Source: Rhynchobatus australiae | Taxonomy: Eukaryota | Direction: 5' to 3' | Length of the DNA: 64,000 nucleotides | Assembly (NCBI GenBank): GCA_034780895.1 | Contig: JAUZTB010000033.1 | Coordinates: 38,045,605 to 38,109,604, forward strand | Notes under the pieces: generated by a model | The model's input: the letters and a program-made list of their open reading frames with translations, nothing else | Told to the model about the DNA's origin: nothing | Database searches by the model: none | Part shown: in pieces, positions 50,001 to 62,335 of the stretch | Layout of the letters: each line of letters starts with the position of its first letter | How positions within the stretch are numbered: the stretch's first letter is position 1 | Translations under genes and position numbers: made by a program

Positions 50001-53000
50001 TTCATAAAAGTACATCCCTACCACCAATTTACTTTTGTTCTCTGCTATCTTTATTTTCAGGTATAAATGTATGCTTTGTAATTTTAAACAACTTTGTCAA
50101 ATTCTGTGCCAGATGGAGGTCTTTTATCAAGAGGATTCTTTAAACATATATTTTTGCAGAATTATAATAACATTGTTATTTTGGATTTTTTTTCAGAGAG
50201 TAAGGAGGTCATTATTGAAAGGGCTTATATTGGGTCCTTTATGACAGCATTGGAAATGGGAGGAACTTCTCTAACGCTGATGCATGTTGATCCTGAACAA
50301 CTGCAATTCCTGGGTGAGTGCTTTTGGGTGACATCTTCTCTGTAACATTCTGCATTCCTAACCCTCTTGCTAGATTATTATAGGTAGTGTAGACATCAGG
50401 TAAAGGCAAGTTAATTCTGCCAAACCCTTCTCTCACAGAATACTAATTTATATGTTCTGCAGCTGAAATTTGAGGGATGCTGTTCTACAGTCACTTTTTT
50501 GGAGCATTGTCTCCAATGCTTAAAAGGACAATAAGCTTGTTTTATATCCTGGGGATGGGTTACTTTACTTATGTTTGGTGGTCCAGCACCTGAAGAGGTG
50601 CAGCAAAGATTCAATCTCAGAATATCTATGTCCAGCCTAATTTACCTGCATCACACATTTTTTCCAACACAGTTTAGAACTTTGGAATATTTCTGCTTCT
50701 GATTTTGGAGTACCATCTTCTTTCCTAAGACTCTTGTTATTATTCTATGTCTGCTATGTTGAAGCATTTCCTTAAGTTCCTGTTCTGAACACTTACTTCC
50801 AAATTGTGCACTATATAAAACAGCATTGGCAACTGGAATAATTGTGGGCACTGTCATTCATACTATCTTTTTTGGGATCAAGAAATGAAAGTATGTGCAC
50901 TAGCCTCTGTCTATCACTGCCACTTGTCAGTGAACAGTTGATTAGACTGCTATCTGCAGAAGATATGGTGGAAAACAACTAACTTGTCTCTCTATTGATC
51001 AGAGATGTCATAGCTGTGTTTTAGAAGGCAACATTAATAGTTGCTCATTCTCACAAATGCCCAAGAGCTTTTAAAGTCCTCTGATCTGAATATTGTACCT
51101 TTTAAGAGCTTATCACATTCCTCTCCATTTATTAATCATCACATCTTCATTGTTTCAGGCCCTACTGTCAAGTGTAGCTGAACTAAGTTTGTTTGAAGTC
51201 TTTATAATTTATAGCGATTATAAATATTACTTAAGATTTATAGTCTTTATTCTTCCAAAATAGTCTCCTGTTGCTCCTCTTTTCATTAAGGCACATAGTT
51301 AGCTGAATGGTCTGGAACAGCATCCACAAGGGTATTCTTCATTTTGAGCCAAGAGTGTCATTCAACTGTAAGGGAAGGAGCATTGCACCATTAGCAGTCT
51401 GATTCTTCTCTATCACTCATAATCTCCACTTGCTTACTGCCAAAAGCAAAGAGGCAGCAGGTTCAGGCAGTTTTTGTGACACCTCTATTATACTCTTGAA
51501 AACGATTAGCCAAAGCGGAGATAAGGAATGAGACATTGAATCCTTTTGCTCTGTATGGTTTATCCCTGCAGGAACTACATTTATGAAAACCATTGTAGAG
51601 GAATTGGGGTCCATTCTTTAACAGAATTGGGGTCCATTCTAATTTTGTGTTGCCTGATTGGCATGCATTTTCGGAGTTCATCGGGTAATACATTCTATTG
51701 CATCTTTGTAGATCTTCTTTTAAACAGCAGGATTCTACACAATTCTGTTTCAACAGATTCACACACTTCAGCTCCTGGCTGGCCTAATGCATCGAAGAGC
51801 AGTTTAGCACAAAGGTCCAAGACTTTGAGTATCCCTCATCTGGAACCTGAGAACACACATATACCTCCTGGGTCAGGTAGATGCTGCTCATGTTGTTTAT
51901 GTGGCATGTGAAAGTGATCCTGGAGAGACAGTACAATATTCGACAGAGTCAGAAATGACTGAAAAATATAGATAACGAAGATTATTGACTCTATTGTGGA
52001 AGAGAAAGAATGAGTAAAATTAGAGAAATCTGGAATAATTGGAAAGAGAGAAAGAATGATTACACAGTAGGAGAACAGGAGTAAAACAAAGAAATACTAT
52101 AATTATTTTGCGTCATTTAAATTAAGTAACACAGGGTTACTGTAGAAAGTAACATTTTCAAGATATCATCGATGTGTGCCTGGGCTTTGACAGTCTTAAA
52201 CACATGCGAGTTGTGTTTCCTCTGTGATAACATAAATAACTGTCCCTATTGGACAGTTATTGCTCAAATAATGTGAAGCAAATTACATAAAGAGGCCTAT
52301 TTTAGTAGTGAGTGGATTTTTACTTTGGAAGNNNNNNNNNNNNNNNNNNNNNNNNNNNTGAGTCAGATACTTTGTTGTTTTGAGCATATAATTTGTGTTT
52401 GCAAAAGGCAATCCTGAGGCTGTTCTAGTGTTGAGAATGTACCTTCTCAATAAATGATAAATTAAACATGATATGCATATCCAGTCAATGTAAAAGATGC
52501 AAAGAAGAATTTCTCCTGGTTTATATTCCTCTCTTGACTAACGCATACACTATCAAAGATTATCCACCAATTTGTCATATTCTACTCATAGGAACTTTCT
52601 TCAAAAGAATAGTGACTGCACTTTAAGAATTATCCAGAAGATTGTTCCACCAGGAAATCTTCTCTTCTGTGAAGTATGCTGAGGCAAATTTGGATTCAAA
52701 ATTGTTTCACGTAGTGCAATGTTTTTATACACTTGATTGCTAAACAGCCCTAGTCTCATCCAAAATTCCATGGATCCTTCCAAAATTGTCTGGTTTCTAG
52801 AACTTTGGAAAGTAGCCAGTGTAATACCCTTATGTAAGAAATGAAGACAAGGGAAAGTGGAGAGGTATAGGAACAGTTAGCCTGACATCTGTTGCTGACA
52901 AACTGCTGGAGTCCATCATTAAAGACATGGTACAAGGGCATTTTAAAACAAAACAAAGTATGATTTGGCAAAGGCAAATGGTTTTATGAAGGGAAAAATC

Positions 53001-56000
53001 ATATTTGTTACATCTAATAGCATTTTTTTTGAGCATGTAACTGGAAGGGTAAGTAAGGGAGAACCACTGGATTTTCAAAAGGTTGTTGCACAAAATAAGT
53101 GCTCATTGGGGTCAGGATAACTTGTTCACTTGGCAAGAAGACTGGGTAAAGGACAGAATCAAAAAGGAGGGAATTTATGGGAGCACGTTTAGGTTAGCAG
53201 CCTTTTTATAATTCCTTTAAATGTTGGGTTGGGNNNNNNNNNNNNNNNNNNNNNNNNNNNNNNNNNNNNNNNNNNNNNNNNNNNNNNNNNNNNNNNNNNN
53301 NNNNNNNNNNNNNNNNNNNNNNNNNNNNNNNNNNNNNNNNNNNNNNNNNNNNNNNNNNNNNNNNNNNNNNNNNNNNNNNNNNNNNNNNNNNNNNNNNNNN
53401 NNNNNNNNNNNNNNNNNNNNNNNNNNNNNNNNNNNNNNNNNNNNNNNNNNNNNNNNNNNNNNNNNNNNNNNNNNNNNNNNNNNNNNNNNNNNNNNNNNNN
53501 NNNNNNNNNNNNNNNNNNNNNNNNNNNNNNNNNNNNNNNNNNNNNNNNNNNNNNNNGAATCTGAAAGGCTTGTAATGTCCTGAAGCTTCCCAGGGTCTGA
53601 GCAGTGGCATGATCTCCAACAACATATTGGAGTGTCTTGGTCAGGCCAGAACAAGCCTTGTCTATAAAACTACTCTGGAGCTCCTTGACAGCTAACACTG
53701 AGGCTGACATTCAGAAACATTTATAAATTTTAAAGTGGAAAATTTAATTTAAAATACTGCCCAAGACTGACAGTGAGTTGTCATTTCCTCTTTTTCAGAC
53801 CTTTTGGTGGACAGATTACGAGGCTCTGCACTGATCTTTGAGCATAGATCCTCAAAATCTTGTCAACTTTTTAAATCTATTCCTAATGGTTGCATAATTC
53901 CAAGCAGACTGAAGTCAGTCTTGATGACAGCTTGAACTTCTCATCAATAACATTTTCAATAGGTCCCTATTTGCTTTCTTAGCAATGAACAGCATCCACA
54001 AGTCTGAAGTGTCTAATGCCAGTGCTTTTGACATTATTTTGCTCTCTCCCAGTTTTCAGAGTAGAGAATGATTGCTCCAAAATAATCTACAGTTTGTGAG
54101 TTAGGTGCGCAATGGTGCTCACACTAGCTTGCATTATGCCCTGTGATAACACTAAAGTATAACTGTGTATGTCCAGGAAGTATCCTCTGTTCCCCTGTTA
54201 AACAACCTGCTGGACATCAACAATGATATGACTTTGTAGTTGGACACTTATTGATGTGTGATGCACTCAGTAATGCTGAGGTAGGGGGATGGTAAGCTGA
54301 CAGAATGACCTCTGAGTACCAGAGAGGGGGGGGCATTGTGTGGTTCAAATGTTTAACAGAGCAAGTTCTTCCATCTTCCTTACATTGTTGATTAGTGGTC
54401 TGTGGACCTCCAGGAGCCATCAAGCATGAAGTCAGCCTTGGCACAGCTGGACTGAAGTATAGATATGAAAATGTTCCTCATTTGAGATCTCTAGCCTTTG
54501 TCCCAATATGCCCCCTCCAGCCTCTTCCTGTCGGCCTGGAGCTTCAGCATCATTTGCTCACAATTGATGAGGACCTCTTGCCACAACCTTCCCAATATTT
54601 TTTTATTCACAAAGCTACATTAGACACACAATGATGCAGATGATGCGCTGTACTGAAGCTAAGTCCGGTAGTAGGTGGAAATCTGTAGTAAACATTAAAA
54701 GAAATATGAGAAATGCTGAGCAGGTCAGTCAGATTTTGAGCTCAGATGCAGATGACTTAAAAATTGGTCATTGCATTTTTCAGTGTGTTAGTTGAGATAC
54801 CTTCCATGAAGGTGTGGTGCTGTCAGTTAACGAATGTTCGTGAAGCATTTAATTTAAACTGTTTTACAGGTCCTTTTGTCGATAAGATGCGTTCAGTTCT
54901 GGATGTAGTTTCCACCACTTTGCTTCAAATGGAAGAGGAACTGAATGAACTGGATCGGGAAGCAGGAGATGGTGACTGTGGCAGTACTCATGCAAGAGCA
55001 GCTCGTGGTCAGTTCCTGAAAAGTTGTAACTTTGGGAATTTGGGGATAAACATTGATCAAAATTGTTAGTACTAGTTGAATGGTTAGTGATTGAATGACT
55101 AAAACATCAATAATTTGTACCATCAACTAAATTTAAGCCAGACTAACAGACAACTTAGTAAGTTATTTCTCAATAGAATGATGCTCTCATTGATTCATTT
55201 AGAAACATAATTGTACATAATTTCATTCAGTCCCTCCTTCAGAGCTACAATAAGGGACCTTGTGTTGTTTGTGTCATCTGATTGAATTAATATCACATGA
55301 ATATTAGAAAGTGCATTATTTTTTTAAGTTACCATGAGAATGAAAAATAAGAATTNNNNNNNNNNNNNNNNNNNNNNNACCTGCGCTGTGAGCTATTCCA
55401 GAAGGTTGTCTGTGTGTGAGGCAGAAAATGTGGGTTCTTGGGGACCTTGTGGAATACTTTGTAGTTAGCTAGCTTCACAAAAGAAGACCACACTGAAATT
55501 TTACTTGAGGGAATTTCTGAAATATTGATTGAGATAAACATAGTAAAGAAGAAGTTGTTTAGCATCTTTGAACAATGATAAATCACCAGGTCTGGATGAG
55601 TTGAGAAGAAACAAGGGAGGAAATTATGTAGGCACCAACCATCACGTTTTAATCCTCCCAGGCTGCAGAAGTAGTTTCAGGGGATTGTAAGACTATTGAT
55701 GTAGCATTGTTTAAAAAGGATCATCAAAGCAATTGCAAGTGGTGGAGAAATTATTGGAATTGATTCTGAGTGACAGTATAAACCTTCATTTGGAAAGATT
55801 AATCAGAATGGATTTGTTAAGGGGAGGTTCTTGCACTATGATTTGATTGAATTCTTTTAAGGAGGTAGCAAGAAGGATTAATGACGCTATTGCATTTGAT
55901 GTAGCTGCATGGATTTTAGAAATGTTTTTGACAATGTCCCACAAGGTAGGCTTGTTTAAGAAAAGAAGTAAATCCCTGTATGATACAAGGCAGAGTGTCA

Positions 56001-59000
56001 GATTGGATTTGAAATTGGTTCATTGACAAAATACAATGGATGACTGTGTTTTTGTGACCAGATAGCTGTTACTACTGTGGGCCAAAAGGATTTAGTAATC
56101 CCATGCATGTTGTAATATGAATGATTTAGTCTTAAATGTAGAACACATGATAAAGAACAAAAAATGGCCATGTTTAGACCTGAGGAAGATCCTAGAAGGT
56201 GGCCTCAGCTCCAGTGACCTGGGTTCAATCCTGACTTCTGTGTAGATGTATGTTCTCCCTCTGATTGTATGGGTTTCCTCTGGGACAATGAAAAGGACAA
56301 AAGGACAATCTAATTATGATGTGGATCAATGATAAATGGATTGAGTGGTAAATATCAATGAAGATAAGCCACGTCTGAATGCACTGAGATGAGGATATGG
56401 AATATGTTTATCGTACTATAAGAGACGCAATTTAAATCTTATTGTGTTTAAAAAGCTGAAACTTTGTAAATAAACATCAGTGATCTAGAAATGATTCTGC
56501 ATCTCAGATAGCATGTTTAGTGAGCAGTGGTGGGAAGGAAATGATGGGCAAAACAACATTTGAACATGGCCCACTTGAGCAATATTCTTCTAAGTTTGAG
56601 GCTCAGGATGTCATGAACAATAGATTGGGCTTTGCACATAGATGATCAGGACATATGTTTGTGATAATAAACCTGATTCTGATTCTAGTGAGTTTGGGGA
56701 TTGGACTTGGAAACGGAGTGAGTTTTTAAAAAAAAATCTTATGGATNNNNNNNNNNNNNNNNNNNNNNNNNNNNNNNNNNNNNNNNNNNNNNNNNNNNNN
56801 NNNNNNNNNNNNNNNNNNNNNNNNNNNNNNNNNNNNNNNNNNNNNNCAGAGAAAAACACGTCAAAAGAGATAAATTAAAGGAATACATTTCCAAATCTTT
56901 CATCTAAGCTATGGCATTGAATGCAAAAATGAAAACAATATGAACTGGTAAGAGTTTCTGATAACATTCATAATTATATTTCATTAATAACTTCAAAGAC
57001 GCTTCTAGTGATCTAAAAACAGTTTTGAAACAATTTGAAACATAAAAATAATGCTCATTCAATAAATAATATTGTACAACAACTAGCTTATAATCTGTCA
57101 TTGTTAAATGGGTGGTCAAGGCAAGCTTGTGAGTAAATTGTTTCTTTTACTGTATGTCCCCTACTAGACATCCTTGGTGAATTACAAAAGTGCAACAAGT
57201 AACTCATTAAAAGTTCCTAAGTAATTATATACTATACTTCAGGAACAGTAAACTTTCAAATGAAGTCCATCAGTAAATGTAACATACTGGAATTTATAAT
57301 GAGCCAGAACATACTGAAAATTCACCAGCAGTACGATGTGCTCTAAAGGAGGGCATGATGATATATAAAAAAAATTCTTTGAAAAATAGTAATTGAACCC
57401 TCAAACAACCAAATGCTAAAAATGGTAAGAAATTCAGAAGGACATTTTAAATTGTATTTCTTCAGGAAACCAATTGTTCCACGGATGAACAGAGTTACTC
57501 TTGTATGATGATAACCTATCAAGTAGGTATGATTTGATTAGATCAAGTTCTTGACAGGTATCAATAATTTAAAAAAAATTGAATCCTTTGATTTGGTTCA
57601 CCTTCTTTTCTTTGTGATTAAAATAGTGGGAAATGGGGTACTAATATTTTATAGAAGTTAGAAGCCTTTTAGATTCAAAGAATACTGCTGTGTGCCTATA
57701 AACCTGTGTCACAACTTCCCTACATTTATACTCCATGGCCCTTACAATAAAGGCAGCATGCTATTAACATTCCTAATGATTTGATCTCTTTACATTCCAA
57801 CCTTTTATGTTTTATGCTCTAGGATACCCAGATCTCATTGGACTGCAACATTGTGTAAATTCACTTCATTCAAATAATAATTTGCTTTTTGAGATCTTCC
57901 AAAATGAATAATCTCAATTTTCCCAAATTATGCTGCATTTGCCAACTTTTTTCTCTCACATAACCTCTCAATATCCATTGTAAGCCTTGTGTCTGCTCAT
58001 GATTTGCCTACACACCAATCTTTGTATCATCAACAAATATGGCTTCAGTACACTTGGTTTCTTCATCCAAGTCATCAATATAAGTTGTAAATACCTGAGG
58101 TTGCAGCACTAATTCCTGTGGTACTACACTAGCTACTGATTGCCAATCCAAAAATGACCCACTTATTCCAACTCTGTTTACTGTTCATCAGCCATTCCCC
58201 TCTCCATGCCAATACATCATCCTGAACTCTAGGTGCTCTTAATTTGTGCAGTTACCATTTATGTGATACCTTATCAAATTCCTTCCGGAAATCCAAATAC
58301 ACCACATTGATTGGTTCTTCTTCACCTACCCTGTCCGTTACATCTGCAAAGAACTCTAGCAAATTTATCAAGGACCATTTCCCTTTCAAAAAAAAGTCAA
58401 CGCAACTCTATTGTCTTATGATTTCCTATATCCATTTTACCTCCTTAAAAATTGATTCTCATTAAGGTTGTACTAGACAAACTAAAAGCAGAAGGCAGCT
58501 ATCACTTTAGATAGGATTGCCAGGCAGCTTGAATGTTTCTAGAGGTTTCACCACATGACCTTTGACCTCCAGTCACACTGCCTAGTTAATTGCATGTTAC
58601 CTTCACTACTAATATTTTAAAGAAAATTTAGGAATGCTAATTTTTTACTGTGAAAATATTTTGATGTAGAACAAATACATTTTGATGTAAGAATCCAAGT
58701 ATCATTTAACCAACATCCAAAACATCAACAGTGACTTTCAATATTTACACTTCAATATTAGAATCAATTGTTATCTTGTAAATCTATCATGAAAACTTTG
58801 ACAAAGCACAATGAAGTTAATAACAGGCCGACAAAGCCCCAAATAGATGTTAAAAAGAAAAAAAAATCTTATGGATCTGCAAGAAAAGGATTTGTATGTT
58901 TCATTCAGTGTTGTGAACCAAATCAGACTGAAAGCTTTTCATTTATGCATTTGTTTGCCGATCTTTTGAAATCCTAATACTACGTGAGTGGTCTGTACCA

Positions 59001-61522
59001 ACAGATGGTCATGTGTAAACAATGGAATTTTGTACAACTGACAGCAAAGTGTGCTTTGGATGCTTCTTGACATCACTGCACAGTTCTGGGTTCCTCTGTG
59101 TCTCATCTCATCTGGATATGAATATCTTGAATTAATTTTTTAGTGCACAATACATTGTGCCACTTAAGAGAATTTCTAAGTCAGTATCTGAGAATATTTA
59201 TTACTTTCAGCCATTAAGGACTTGCTAACATCACATGCAGTTCCCGGCAATGGTCATCAGCTCCTTTTGTGTCTAGGCAGAATGATTCGAGACCAAATGG
59301 GTGGATCTTCAGGAGCAGTAAGTCTAAATGGTAATTCTATTTCCAACCGGCAGACAAAGAAAAAAGATGAAGTAGCAAAAAATGACTTGAAGTTAAGCTA
59401 AAAGCACAGCGATTAGTTAGATTTGTCTGCAGTCATTATTTCAGGTAACACAGCCAAACTTTAAGCAGTTTAAAATGTGTAATGATGAAAAGTATGTACA
59501 TTTATTCATTTTACATTATGCACGTATTACAACCATATTGCAGCCTTATTTATCTTGAAATCTAGACATGACATCTTCTACATCATAGTTTTTACTGCTG
59601 CATTGTATTCTTCCTGCAGAAAAAAGTTCACTATTGTGGCTTCCCTTCTACAATATTTAGGCTTTCAGAAGTTAACTTGTTGATGGTGTTCACTTAATAC
59701 TAAGCAGAACTTTCAGAGTTTTGCTTTTGTTTACAGCATAGGAACACTTAATTGTATTTGAGTTATCAAGACTTTTTGATTACAGGGCATCTGAAGATAT
59801 TGGCATTGCCATTAGTTTGCTGCTCTTGTGAATTGCAAGGTGGCATAATTTATATTTGATCTGTTTATTCCCATTGTTTGTTTTCAGTCTGATAGGCAAT
59901 TCTCAATCCCTATCACTGTACAATTTCCATTTCTGTGCACTTTAACCTTGTTGACCAATTTCTTGTGCACAATGTTCTGAAAATCCAAATATGCCACATT
60001 TTCTGATTTTTTTTTTTGTTTCTTCCCCCATTGTCTATTATGAGTAACATCCTCAAAGAACTCCAGCAGATTTAATCGAACATGATTTTCCTTTCATAAA
60101 TCCATGTTGGTTCTGCTCAGTCATTGTATTCTTTTCAAGATGTTCTGTTAGTACATCCTTCATTATAGATTCAAGCATTTTGTTTCCTACTGACATTTCG
60201 ACAACAGGTCAGTAGTTCTATGTCTTCCTCCTTTCTTAAATAGGGGAGACTGATTGTCTACCTTCCAATTTACAGAATCAATTCCAGAATCTATAGTTTG
60301 GATGAAAATAAAACTATTCACTGTCTCTAAATCCACTTCTTTCAAAATTCTGAACATGTAAATCATTATATTCTTGGGATTGTTCAGCTTTCAAGCTCAC
60401 TGACTTTTCCAGTACAATTTTCTGACTAATACTTTGTTCCATCCATTTTTCATTCTTGGTAAACTGTGTATACTCTATTATCTATGGTAGTTTTTGTGTG
60501 TTTTCTTCCATGAATACAGATGCAAAGTAATTATTTAATTCCTCTGATATTTCCTTATTCCCATTTTAAATTCTCCTGTCTCTTTCTGTAAGGACCCACA
60601 CTCATATTTATAAATGCTCTTATAGTAAGTTTTTATTTCTTGCCAGTCTGTTCTTGTATTGTATCTTGCATTTTTTTTAATCAAGTTTATGGTCCTTCCC
60701 TGCTGACTTCTGATATTCCTTATCCTCAGACCTTTTGCTGTTTCTAGCAACTTTATAAGTTTCTTCCTTGGTTTTTACACTGCCTTTAATTTCTTTGTAG
60801 GCTATGGATAAATCACGTTTCCTATTTTTTCTGATTCCTTAAAGGTAAATATTTTTTTCTACAGCATGCATTTTTTCTTTGAATGCTAACCATAACCTGT
60901 CCACCTTCATATTTTTCAATGTGTTCTCCCAAACAAGCACAGGCAACTTTCCTTATGCCTTCATATATGTGGCTGATCTTCTGGGATTAGGACCAGCCCT
61001 TCCTCTGCAGGGTGAACTCCCAATAGGAAGGAAGCAGCTTCATGTTGAACAACCTAGAATGTTAAGACTTCTTGACATGGGACTGCTGAGAATGAATAGA
61101 TATGTGACCTGTAGAAGCCCCTGAAGTTGGCAGGCCTTCCACTGGATGAATGATCAATAATGGGCATATGCTGGAAACATTTGAGAACTGAAGGTCGGAG
61201 GAATGTAATGATTAAAACTTGTTCTTGGAGTTGAGTTCTGGGTATTGAGAATCTGCACATCATTTTTTAGTGATTCTGAAAATTAACATTATTTGATGAA
61301 TTGACTGTGAATTTCACCCAATTAAAAAGGTAATTCTGTTCCACTCAGTAAGAACGAGTTGAGATTTTCATTATTGATTTGGAATTTCATCTCTAATGTG
61401 ATGCCCTTTCTGTTGTAGCTGTACAGTATTTCCTTGATTGCAGCAGCACCAAATCTAAAAAGTAACAACAATCCCTCTGCCTGGTCAGCGGCGTTGGATT
61501 CTGGGATTAGAGCATTGAAGAG
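28853..61522 (+). CDS. TKFC: TKFC (DAK; triokinase/FMN cyclase), 14 exons traced, 3' end not found in window
   Basis: Spliced translation contains [67 protein letters not shown]; exon sizes 190/111/182/79/90/35/(85)/90/117/120/138/107/104 with consistent phases. Confidence 0.95.
29469..30380 (-). mobile_element. Rex1/Babar-like LINE, 3' part (relatively young)
   Basis: Minus [30 protein letters not shown]...[11 protein letters not shown]; 3' UTR ends in aataataa-like repeats. Confidence 0.8.
30668..30790 (+). mobile_element. Penelope-derived short repeat
   Basis: gatgaaggggtcttgaccc...cagatgctgcctgacctgctgac...ccagattccagc. Confidence 0.75.
31260..31765 (+). mobile_element. Old Deu-domain-like SINE (SacSINE/AmnSINE-like), degenerate
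   Basis: gcagtactgagagagtgctgc; ggcgctatttgatgaagagtagcggttctt; tail ctttggaagtgagaggtatcaaatataagcacattctt. Confidence 0.4.
31860..32880 (-). mobile_element. CR1-type LINE fragment
   Basis: ccttaaataaggataccagtactgtacacagtacttca is the reverse of the LEYCVQxW codons; tgtatcagcagcaact is the reverse of the (F)ADDT region. Confidence 0.7.
33378..33567 (+). CDS. TKFC: TKFC exon (190 nt) [19 protein letters not shown]...[12 protein letters not shown]
   Basis: ctttag / gtatca; DhaK motif. Confidence 0.95.
34560..35575 (+). mobile_element. CR1-type LINE fragment with a nested Rex1-like 3' UTR (35273-35488, minus)
   Basis: ccccaaggatcagttctt (PQGSVL), cctggagtactgtgtatagttttggtccc; the insert matches 29475-29655. 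Confidence 0.75.
36494..36604 (+). CDS. TKFC: TKFC exon (111 nt) [37 protein letters not shown]
   Basis: tttcag / gtatat. Confidence 0.94.
36641..36704. mobile_element. hAT/Charlie-like non-autonomous transposon end
   Basis: tggccc repeats and gagtttgacacgcctg (reverse complement CAGGCGTGTCAAACTC, Charlie/Chaplin-type TIR). Confidence 0.6.
37060..38342 (+). mobile_element. Penelope-like retroelement, degenerate RT with internal deletion and terminal repeat
   Basis: [49 protein letters not shown]; stops and frameshifts; end cctgaagaagagtcctgccccgaaacgtt. Confidence 0.85.
40350..40531 (+). CDS. TKFC: TKFC exon (182 nt) [19 protein letters not shown]...[14 protein letters not shown]
   Basis: atccag / gtaagt. 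Confidence 0.95.
42548..42626 (+). CDS. TKFC: TKFC exon (79 nt) [26 protein letters not shown]
   Basis: tgacag / gtaagt; phase 0 to 1. Confidence 0.9.
43614..43703 (+). CDS. TKFC: TKFC exon (90 nt) [30 protein letters not shown]
   Basis: tctcag / gtaaga. Confidence 0.94.
43900..45050 (-). mobile_element. CR1-type LINE fragment
   Basis: Minus ORFs [14 protein letters not shown]...[32 protein letters not shown]. Confidence 0.8.
45871..45905 (+). CDS. TKFC: TKFC exon (35 nt) [12 protein letters not shown] (catalytic His)
   Basis: acttag / gtaaga. Confidence 0.93.
46960..47195 (-). mobile_element. V-SINE/Mermaid-like element of teleost type, internally deleted
   Basis: ctggagccaatctcagctgc..gaaggcagggg..ggacaagtctccagt..ccagtccatcacag..aacaaccatccaca..gggattcaaactgaggac. 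Confidence 0.6.
47198..47255 (+). CDS. TKFC: TKFC exon, 3' part only: [19 protein letters not shown](G); 5' part and acceptor missing
   Basis: Matches the expected DHMxNxxNxSH motif with a gtaaat donor in the correct phase; in-frame TAA at 47189 and no acceptor upstream. Confidence 0.8.
48248..48337 (+). CDS. TKFC: TKFC exon (90 nt) [30 protein letters not shown]
   Basis: ctccag / gtaaat. Confidence 0.94.
49748..49870 (+). mobile_element. Penelope-derived short repeat
   Basis: gatgaagagtctcaacttgaaaggttgactg...cagatgctacctgatctgctgagttcc. Confidence 0.75.
50197..50313 (+). CDS. TKFC: TKFC exon (117 nt) [39 protein letters not shown]
   Basis: tttcag / gtgagt. Confidence 0.94.
51757..51876 (+). 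CDS. TKFC: TKFC exon (120 nt), K-L domain linker [11 protein letters not shown]...
   Basis: caacag / gtagat. Confidence 0.9.
52750..53230 (+). mobile_element. CR1-type LINE RT fragment
   Basis: tataggaacagttagcctgacatctgtt (YRxVSLTSV), ggttttatgaagggaaaaatcatatttg (GFxKGKS). Confidence 0.65.
54870..55007 (+). CDS. TKFC: TKFC exon (138 nt) ...[25 protein letters not shown] (DhaL domain)
   Basis: ttacag / gtcagt; GDGDCG motif. Confidence 0.95.
55570..56190 (+). mobile_element. CR1-type LINE RT fragment, followed by an HE1-like SINE head (~56195-56285)
   Basis: gataaatcaccaggtctggatg (KSPGxD), ggatttgttaaggggagg, gtttttgacaatgtcccaca (FDxVP); gacctgggttcaatcctgac. Confidence 0.6.
57690..58460 (-). 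mobile_element. CR1-type LINE RT fragment
   Basis: ctttgtatcatcaacaaat (reverse of FxDDTK), ccttatcaaattccttccggaaatccaaatac (reverse of YLDFxKxFDK). Confidence 0.7.
59211..59317 (+). CDS. TKFC: TKFC exon (107 nt) [36 protein letters not shown]
   Basis: tttcag / gtaagt. Confidence 0.93.
59940..60960 (-). mobile_element. CR1-type LINE fragment
   Basis: ttctgaaaatccaaatat, catgattttcctttcataaatccatgttgg (reverse of QHGFMKGKS). Confidence 0.65.
61419..61522 (+). CDS. TKFC: TKFC exon (104 nt) [34 protein letters not shown](R)
   Basis: ttgtag / gttagt. Confidence 0.92.
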
Positions 61523-61807
61523 GTTAGTTTGTGCAGATACTTACTTGGGCTCAAAAAAAAATCTGTGAAAGGGGAATATGAAAAGTGAGTATTGAGAATA
61601 TCTGTGAAATGTTGATGGTTATTATGAGGAAGTAAATACACACTGGTGAACAACATAGCAGCTGAGGAATTTATATAATGTTAAAAATCTGCAGATAAAT
61701 GAAGACCTTTAGTCATAGCTTAATAGCCTGTAAAATAATCAATGACGGAGTAAATTAGGATTAGTAAATACCTCAAATCATGAATGGAGTAAAATAATTG
61801 GTTCTCA

Positions 61808-62335
61808 AATTCAAGTTTATTATTGTCATAGACATACGTATCTACATGGAGTATAAATGCCATGAAAATTTAGCTTTTTGCAGCAGCACATTACAAGATG
61901 AAGATGAACATAAGTTTCCATAAACTTAAAATAGCATAAATTATATGTAACTTAAAATAAACAACATAAACAATGGCATTAGTGCAAGATTAAGAGTGCG
62001 GAAAAAAAATAAGTCCGAGGTTGTGTTCAGATATTCTTATGTCATTTCAAGAACCTGATGACAGTGGGGATGAAGCTGCTGTTGAACCTTGAGTGGGTCT
62101 TCAGGCTCCTGTCCCTCCTGCCTGATGGCAGCATCAAGAAGAAGGCATAGCCCAGATGGTGGAGGTCCCTGGTAATGGTTGATGTCTTCCTGAGACATCG
62201 CCTCTTATAGATGGGGAAGCAAGAACTGTACCTGTGATGGAACTGGCTCAGTCCATCACTCTCTGTAGCCTCTTGCATTCCTGTGCATTGGAGCTTTCAT
62301 ACCAAGCTGTGATGCAGCTAGTCAGAATGCTATCT
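61808..62335 (-). mobile_element. Rex1/Babar-like LINE 3' end
   Basis: Minus ORF HLGYAFFLMLPSGRRDRSLKTHSRFNSSFIPTVIRFL; 3' tail ttcaagtttattattgtca. Confidence 0.75.
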